Virus record (IMG/VR): IMGVR_UViG_3300020151_000894
Coordinates: 1-43,403 of that record
Reading direction: 5' to 3' (one strand)
Origin: a virus
Taxonomy: Duplodnaviria; Caudoviricetes
Length of the DNA: 43,403 bases
Translations under genes and position numbers: made by a program
The notes under the pieces: generated by a model
Databases searched by the model: none
What the model was told of the DNA's origin: nothing
Seen by the model: only the letters and a program-made list of their open reading frames with translations
Shown here: positions 38,026-43,403 of the stretch, piece after piece
Layout of the letters: each line of letters opens with the position of its first letter
Position numbering within the stretch: position 1 is the first letter of the stretch

Positions 38026-39254
38026 TACGCTGTTTGATTTAATTTACTAAGTATATCATTTAGTTTTGAATGTATCTTTCCAAAATCAGGTTTGTTTTTA
38101 GGTCCTATTGCGGTTGGACCTGATGGTGTTAGGAATTGCATATCTCCAATAGCTTGTATTAATTCTGATAAAATTTCTACTAACTTTTGTCCTTTAACCA
38201 TAGGTTCTAAATCCTTACTACCTAAAAATACAGAACCATTTCCAGCAAATATCTGAAAATCTCTATTGTTTGTAACAAAGCTTATGTTATCATTTACACT
38301 AACATTCATACCAAGTCTCGTATCAATGGAAAATTGTCCATCTGATATAAATCCAACATTACCTTTTGCATAAAACATCATTTCTGCATTTTTTGCAGAT
38401 AATATAATTCTACCAGAGTTTATTAAAGCTTGTTCCCCCTTTAAAATTTCAGGATATGGTTTAAATGATTTTGGTTGCGTTTGAAAATCAGTACTACCTT
38501 TACTATCTATTGTACCAGGAATAAATGGTAATACATATTCACCAGAACTTAATACTATCGATGAGCCATCTCTATTTATATCTTCAGCTATACTACCAGA
38601 AGTTGCTGAATTTATTTGGGTTAGTGGTGATTCACTATTTCTAATAATTAAATTAGGTGCAAACGATTTTGCTGGATTGTTGAATGCTGAAAATCTTATA
38701 CTTTGTCCAAATCTAGATTCAATAAGAGTATCACCTTCGTATAGTGTTAATCTATGTATATTTACTGGTCTAAAATAAGCACCATACCCATTATAATTTT
38801 TGGATGATACTCCATCGGAAGTACTTCTAGCAGTACCGGTAGTTTCAACTTTTTCATAATTTTCAAGTTTATCATTTTCCGAATACTCTTTAATATCATT
38901 ATCAACTCCTGCAAACTTTTTTGTTATTGTATCGTATGCACTACTTAAGTTTTTGTTACCAGATACATCTGATGTTACTCTTGTATAAAAATATCTACTA
39001 CCCACTTTTGTAATAGAAACCAATTCATTTTTTAATGGTAAATCTATAAAGTTTTTTTCAAATGGATATGCAACTGGTAGTTGTGTATCATCTACTGCTA
39101 TAAGAGGTGATAGCATTCTAAAAGTTACCCCACCAATATCGCTAGCATCTTTGTATTTAGGATGGGTATTATCCAATATAACACTATAAACAACTGCTGT
39201 ATTTTCTGTTGTTTGTATTGTATTTGATAGTGATGTTGACTGATACCTAGGCAT
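38025..39254 (-). CDS. Baseplate hub / spike protein (gp5/VgrG/gpV-like beta-helix)
   Basis: LPLKNELV (OB-fold-like), YEGDTLIESRFGQSIRFS, INSGRIILSAK, EPMVKG..L, TPSGPT; next to lysins and gp25. Confidence 0.65.
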   Translation of the reverse strand: MPRYQSTSLSNTIQTTENTAVVYSVILDNTHPKYKDASDIGGVTFRMLSPLIAVDDTQLPVAYPFEKNFIDLPLKNELVSITKVGSRYFYTRVTSDVSGNKNLSSAYDTITKKFAGVDNDIKEYSENDKLENYEKVETTGTARSTSDGVSSKNYNGYGAYFRPVNIHRLTLYEGDTLIESRFGQSIRFSAFNNPAKSFAPNLIIRNSESPLTQINSATSGSIAEDINRDGSSIVLSSGEYVLPFIPGTIDSKGSTDFQTQPKSFKPYPEILKGEQALINSGRIILSAKNAEMMFYAKGNVGFISDGQFSIDTRLGMNVSVNDNISFVTNNRDFQIFAGNGSVFLGSKDLEPMVKGQKLVEILSELIQAIGDMQFLTPSGPTAIGPKNKPDFGKIHSKLNDILSKLNQTA

Positions 39255-39255
39255 A

Positions 39256-39648
39256 TTATTTCATTTTCTTTTTTAAATCCTCTAATTCAAATTCTAAATC
39301 ATCCACTCTCTCAACTTCTTGTTTAGTTTCTTCCAACTCTTTAAGTAATTGATTCTTTTCAAATTCGGTTAGGAATCCATCCTGTCCTTCGGTTTTCTTT
39401 TCCGATGCTATAATTTTAGTTGCAATTGTTGCAAGTTTAACCAATTGGTCATCGTTCTTTACAGAACTATCAATTAGTGAAGATAGGATAGGACCTACGC
39501 TTGCCACATCACCAGCATGCTTAATCATCTTTTTAAGTTCCTCTATTAAACTACTTATCTTTGCTTTCTTTGATGTTTGATTGTTATAGATATCTTCGAA
39601 AAGAGAACTTAGATTTTTTCCTTTAAATAATTCGAATTCTGTTGACAT
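39256..39648 (-). CDS. Hypothetical helical phage protein (130 aa)
   Basis: ATG start with late motif upstream; coiled-coil composition. Confidence 0.6.
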   Translation of the reverse strand: MSTEFELFKGKNLSSLFEDIYNNQTSKKAKISSLIEELKKMIKHAGDVASVGPILSSLIDSSVKNDDQLVKLATIATKIIASEKKTEGQDGFLTEFEKNQLLKELEETKQEVERVDDLEFELEDLKKKMK

Positions 39649-39674
39649 ATTAATATATTTACATTTTGTATGTA

Positions 39675-39683
39675 TATAAATAT
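39675..39683 (-). promoter_or_regulatory. Putative late promoter ATATTTATA
   Basis: Recurring motif upstream of 39648. Confidence 0.65.
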
Positions 39684-39704
39684 GATTCTATCAAAATGTT
39701 GAAA

Positions 39705-40520
39705 TTAGACTGGGATTACTTCAATAGTAATCTTAGGTTGGTATCCTTCAGGTAGTTGTCTATTAATACCTTTGAATTCATTTACTTTATCCTTAAAATA
39801 AGTAATTTGTAATATACGGTCTGTCAGATTCATTACCGTTTGTGAAGAAGTGGACATCTCTTTAGTGTCCCTTTTCATATTTAACATAGGTTTTTTTGGA
39901 AAGTATTCCTTTCTCATAGCTTGTGCTATTGTTGTCCAATCATCTACTTTATCAACGGATTTCTCTGCTGATATTTTTCTTAATTTTGATGATAGGTATT
40001 TCTCACCATGTGTATATCCAGCATCGGTGAATAGGTGTCCGTGATTTGTACGAACAACAGGTGATTCGGAGTTTTGAAGTTTAACATCAGGCTTATGCTT
40101 TGATGTAGTTTCAATACTAACCATGTGTTTTGGGGATGATACAAATGTATGTCCTTTTAATGCTAATCCACTCTTACCTTTGTATTCAAGTGTTGCTCTA
40201 ACGGCTTTCATTAGAGTAGGTTGCTTAATGATGTTTCTCATCTTATCACCATCAGGTCCAGGTTTACCACCTTTCTTTACAATTTTATGTTCTGCTTCAT
40301 CATGTCCAACTAATAGTGCAGAGTTTACAACACCAATACCATTTTCATTCAACCCCTCACTCCAATCAGTTGTTAAATCATGCAGATATGCAACTTCAAT
40401 ACCATCGATGATAGTGTGTACAATTTCTAAAGATGGATTATAAGCTCTATCTCTATTTTTAGCTAAGATAAATTTATCCTTAATTTCTTTAGATACAATG
40501 ATGCACTCTGTAAGTTTCAT
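39705..40520 (-). CDS. N-terminal nucleophile (Ntn) cysteine hydrolase (NRDE/C45/C59-like) with 5-aa propeptide
   Basis: MKLTE-CIIV...LAKNRDR, EGLNENGIGVVNS, VVRTNH, STSSQTVMNL: the C1...NRD, GxNExG and TNH pattern of Ntn amidases. Confidence 0.75.
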   Translation of the reverse strand: MKLTECIIVSKEIKDKFILAKNRDRAYNPSLEIVHTIIDGIEVAYLHDLTTDWSEGLNENGIGVVNSALLVGHDEAEHKIVKKGGKPGPDGDKMRNIIKQPTLMKAVRATLEYKGKSGLALKGHTFVSSPKHMVSIETTSKHKPDVKLQNSESPVVRTNHGHLFTDAGYTHGEKYLSSKLRKISAEKSVDKVDDWTTIAQAMRKEYFPKKPMLNMKRDTKEMSTSSQTVMNLTDRILQITYFKDKVNEFKGINRQLPEGYQPKITIEVIPV

Positions 40521-40523
40521 TTC

Positions 40524-41561
40524 CTATTGGATATATGCGTTTAATTCGTAAGAATTTTTCATACCATAAACCTGAATGTGTAGCATTTTCTTTTGTGGTT
40601 TACCATCCTTAGATAATTCAATAGAAAATCTATTTGTTTTTCCCGGAGATGGTTTTCTAGGCCCAACACCTATTTTGGTAAACGCATCATCATTGTTTAT
40701 TTCATATCCTTTTTTCTCTGCATATTCTCTAGCTGCTTCAATAGCCGATGTATATGATTTGTGATATACTTCGTAATCCGATTTCTTTTCACTAACTACT
40801 TTCTTACTTGCAAAAGATACGGTTGGTATATTTCCAAATGTTTTATCAACTTTAGCATCAATTCCAAATTTTGATTTTAGCATCTTTACAACATCATTAC
40901 CAAACTTTATATCAGTAAGTTTAAGATAAATGTAATTTCTATTAGGTGTATTTTCAACATGTCCTTTTACCATTTTTGAACCTAGCGTTTTAACAATATC
41001 ATCCACCACATCTGCTGCAAGGTATCCTTTAAATTCTGATTCTTTAATAGGATTCATCTTTTCATCCGATACCCAATATGCAGTTCCTCCACCAATTGAA
41101 TTACGGAACATCTTTTCCATTTTTTCAGCGTATTTCTTCGCATCATTATATGAATTAAATACCTTTGGCTTATTTGTTGTTTTAAATGTTTTTTGGTCAA
41201 ATTCTTTTTCCAAATCTTTACCCTGTCCTCTACCTCTATTGTAGGTTACATAGTATTTCTTTTCGGTTAGAGTTTCTTGTTTTATATGCAAAGATTTTTT
41301 AATAAGGTCTTGAATTTCCTCAATTGCAACAAATACTTCATCTCTATCAGCATCACCTCTTTTGTAATCAGATTCCAAATATTTTAAAGATTCAATTTCA
41401 TCTACTATTCTAGGAACATCAGCTTTATTCAAATTCTTAGAATTGGATTTATAAAAACCAATAAAATCTTTATATGAAGTTAATTTTTCAATATCTTTTT
41501 TGGTAAACTTTTTTACAGAATTTATTGTTGCTTCGCTTAGTATTTTCTTTAAACTTATCAT
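40524..41561 (-). CDS. Putative head-internal polyprotein of about four small domains
   Basis: N-terminus MISLKKILSE|A; internal TLTE|K, PIKE|S, VVSE|K at apparent domain boundaries. Confidence 0.6.
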   Translation of the reverse strand: MISLKKILSEATINSVKKFTKKDIEKLTSYKDFIGFYKSNSKNLNKADVPRIVDEIESLKYLESDYKRGDADRDEVFVAIEEIQDLIKKSLHIKQETLTEKKYYVTYNRGRGQGKDLEKEFDQKTFKTTNKPKVFNSYNDAKKYAEKMEKMFRNSIGGGTAYWVSDEKMNPIKESEFKGYLAADVVDDIVKTLGSKMVKGHVENTPNRNYIYLKLTDIKFGNDVVKMLKSKFGIDAKVDKTFGNIPTVSFASKKVVSEKKSDYEVYHKSYTSAIEAAREYAEKKGYEINNDDAFTKIGVGPRKPSPGKTNRFSIELSKDGKPQKKMLHIQVYGMKNSYELNAYIQ

Positions 41562-41572
41562 ATTCTATTTTA

Positions 41573-41887
41573 TTAAAATGCTCCGTTTAATTCTTTAGCT
41601 GCATCATCTCCGTATTTTGATTTGAATTTATCTGTCAAATCTTTTAAAATACTACTTCTATATTTAGAAACTTCGGATGGCATAGAACCTTCGATGTCAT
41701 GTATTGTTTCAATTGCTTGTAACAACTTAAGAGCCTTTGTATTATTTAAAAATGTTGCCAATTCGATTACTGCCGCAGTGTGGTCATTTCTATCAGTCAA
41801 TTTAGCTATCTTCTCTATAATTTGCGTAGTATCCTTTACTTCGTTTACTTTAGGTTTTCCTGTTACAATACCCATTAATTTTATCAT
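41573..41887 (-). CDS. Putative head-internal protein (104 aa)
   Basis: MIKLMGIVTGKPKVNE|V leader then helical domain (LTDRNDH, IHDIEG). Confidence 0.6.
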   Translation of the reverse strand: MIKLMGIVTGKPKVNEVKDTTQIIEKIAKLTDRNDHTAAVIELATFLNNTKALKLLQAIETIHDIEGSMPSEVSKYRSSILKDLTDKFKSKYGDDAAKELNGAF

Positions 41888-41888
41888 C

Positions 41889-42545
41889 TTATTTCTTTAC
41901 TTTAATTTTCCAATATGTACCAAATCCAACATAAGGTGAGAATCCACCATTAGTTCCATCAGTTGTTCTATTGTTTACACCAATACCTAATTGATAGATT
42001 TTATCTTTTTTAGTTTTAAGAATTACACCAGCTCCAATTGCTGATACATAATCTTCTTTATTAAATCCTGCATTTAAACCATAATATACTTGATTTCTAG
42101 CTGGCTCTTTAACAATCATTTCTTCTTTGATGATTCTTTCTTTTACTTTAGCATCCCAAGTTCTACCTAAAATTCTATTCTTTGTGATAGTATCAGTTAG
42201 AGCGATAGTTCCTAATCCACCATCTAATACTAATGTATCTTTGTAAACTACCTTCGCTAAGTAATCTCTAAGAATTTCTGCACTATCCACATTAACCAAT
42301 TCTTTAAGTACTAAAGTATCCACATCAATTACCTCATGTACAATATCTTCACCTTTTTTAGTTACCACTTTTACTTTCTCAACTTCGATAGTATCAATTG
42401 TATGTTTTAATACTTCATATTTTTTACCATCTATTCTAATAGTTCTACCGCCTGGCATTACTCCACCTGGATTAAACCATTGTAATAATACATAGATAAT
42501 CAATGCTGCGATAGCAATGTTTTTAAAATTAACAAATTTTTTCAT
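41889..42545 (-). CDS. Membrane-anchored spanin-like envelope protein
   Basis: Basic N-terminus plus TM (IAIAALIIYVLLQWF), D(S/T)-hydrophobic repeats, C-terminal amphipathic beta strands (YVGFGTYWKI). Confidence 0.55.
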   Translation of the reverse strand: MKKFVNFKNIAIAALIIYVLLQWFNPGGVMPGGRTIRIDGKKYEVLKHTIDTIEVEKVKVVTKKGEDIVHEVIDVDTLVLKELVNVDSAEILRDYLAKVVYKDTLVLDGGLGTIALTDTITKNRILGRTWDAKVKERIIKEEMIVKEPARNQVYYGLNAGFNKEDYVSAIGAGVILKTKKDKIYQLGIGVNNRTTDGTNGGFSPYVGFGTYWKIKVKK

Positions 42546-42565
42546 AATATATTCTTTTTTATGTG

Positions 42566-42574
42566 TATAAATAT
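42566..42574 (-). promoter_or_regulatory. Putative late promoter ATATTTATA
   Basis: Recurring motif upstream of 42545. Confidence 0.65.
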
Positions 42575-42583
42575 TCGATTATT

Positions 42584-43403
42584 TTAAAATACCATCTTTG
42601 ACCCAATTTGGAAGTTATTCAAAAGACTAAATTTAGGTTCAAATGTCATAGCCCCTCTATAAGATACTCCTAATCCAAATCTTTTACTGATTTTGTAATC
42701 ATATCCTAAACCAATAATTGCACCTGGCGTTCTTGTTACTGATGTATTTCCAGTTAAAGTATTCCAAGCTATTGGTGATTGCATTACAAATACTTGTGGA
42801 GTTAAGGTTACTTTTCTACTATATTGATATGGTTTCATCCAAAATCCAACAGCAGATGCACTAAGGGATACATCATATCCTCCACCACCAACTCTAGGCA
42901 TCATTAAAGTAATCACACCAACATTATATCCCATCGTTCCCCATTTAGGATGTGGTTTGATGTAAGTGTACCCATTAAGGTTCATTAGAGTTCCTTTAAG
43001 GTAAGCAAATGTGCTTCCGTATGAATGTATCGCATTTAGTTTGCCCTCCTCAAAATCCATCTTAGTAACCCCAGCACTCAAAGCAAATTGGTCTAAGGTA
43101 CTCCAAATCAATGCGGTTGCTGAATATGATTTATCACCCATTAAAGATGATTTAGATACACCCACACTCATCATTACAGCGTATCTACCTTCCATATCCT
43201 CCGTTCCAGCCAAATCAGATGCTAGCATCATTGGATTTGCTACGGATTTCTTTTTTTCCTCTTTTTTCTTTTCTTCCTTCTTCTCCTCTTTTTTCTCCTC
43301 TGATTTTGATTCCTCTTTCTTTTCTTCTTTGCTTTCCGATTTAGTTTCTTCTTTCTTTTCTTCAGTCTTACTTTCCGATTTACTCTCCGATTTTGATTCA
43401 GAT
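42584..43403 (-). CDS. Partial (5' end beyond right edge) outer-membrane beta-barrel protein preceded by a Glu/Lys/Ser low-complexity linker
   Basis: Frame is open from the window edge (SESKSESK...EEKKEEKK...SVANPMMLASDL); alternating amphipathic strands (IIGLGYDYKISKRFGLGVSY); ends FQIGSKMVF with terminal Phe. Confidence 0.7.
   Translation of the reverse strand, partial: SESKSESKSESKTEEKKEETKSESKEEKKEESKSEEKKEEKKEEKKKEEKKKSVANPMMLASDLAGTEDMEGRYAVMMSVGVSKSSLMGDKSYSATALIWSTLDQFALSAGVTKMDFEEGKLNAIHSYGSTFAYLKGTLMNLNGYTYIKPHPKWGTMGYNVGVITLMMPRVGGGGYDVSLSASAVGFWMKPYQYSRKVTLTPQVFVMQSPIAWNTLTGNTSVTRTPGAIIGLGYDYKISKRFGLGVSYRGAMTFEPKFSLLNNFQIGSKMVF
43247..43403. repeat. Low-complexity coding repeat (SESK / EEKK)
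   Basis: Pyrimidine-rich on + strand, in frame with the barrel ORF. Confidence 0.85.

Noticed and set aside
1781-41939. Plus-strand ORFs in the supplied track (e.g. 1781..2002, 3991..4407, 8925..9314, 17036..17545, 37445..37750)
   Set aside because: All lie antisense to well-supported minus-strand genes and show shadow-ORF composition with no recognisable motifs.
2467-42574. TATAAATA as T4-type late promoters firing on the plus strand
   Set aside because: Sites sit consistently just upstream of minus-strand starts with no plus-strand genes downstream (the RHH gene excepted).
1-43403. Stop-codon reassignment as in some large Bacteroidota phages
   Set aside because: Long genes are intact in code 11 and TAG ends genes at expected C-termini (e.g. 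15373, 3655, 40524).
1-43403. tRNA, rRNA, intron, intein or IS elements
   Set aside because: Intergenic gaps are under ~100 bp and no such signatures were seen by eye; tRNAscan/Infernal not run.

Overview
AT-rich, gene-dense segment of a large T4-like (contractile-tail) dsDNA phage, almost entirely encoded on the minus strand. Two perfect TTTG-N20-TATATTTG promoters and the absence of Shine-Dalgarno sites point to a Bacteroidota host. Right to left it carries: a partial outer-membrane beta-barrel protein, a spanin-like membrane protein, and small putative head-internal proteins, including an Ntn-hydrolase whose catalytic Cys sits behind an LxE| motif. Next come a gp5-like hub, a CHAP amidase and GH24 lysozyme sharing a linker cassette, gp25/gp6-like baseplate and further tail genes, a GIY-YIG nuclease, primase, a fused Mre11-Rad50 (SbcD-SbcC), an unannotated plus-strand RHH regulator and a 2475-aa tail fibre with S74 chaperone. 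Then follow a coupled ADP-heptose/protein-heptosylation operon (GT4-MTase-GT25 fusion, TibC/AAH-like heptosyltransferase, split HldE) and an unannotated partial polyprotein (HxGH nucleotidyltransferase plus KxDG ligase-like domain). The two best leads are (1) a phage-encoded protein O-heptosylation system, with a [ST]-[GAS]-S motif strongly enriched in virion proteins as candidate sequon, and (2) capsid-packaged polyproteins/zymogens putatively activated by the prohead protease. All family calls are by eye from motifs; no searches were run.
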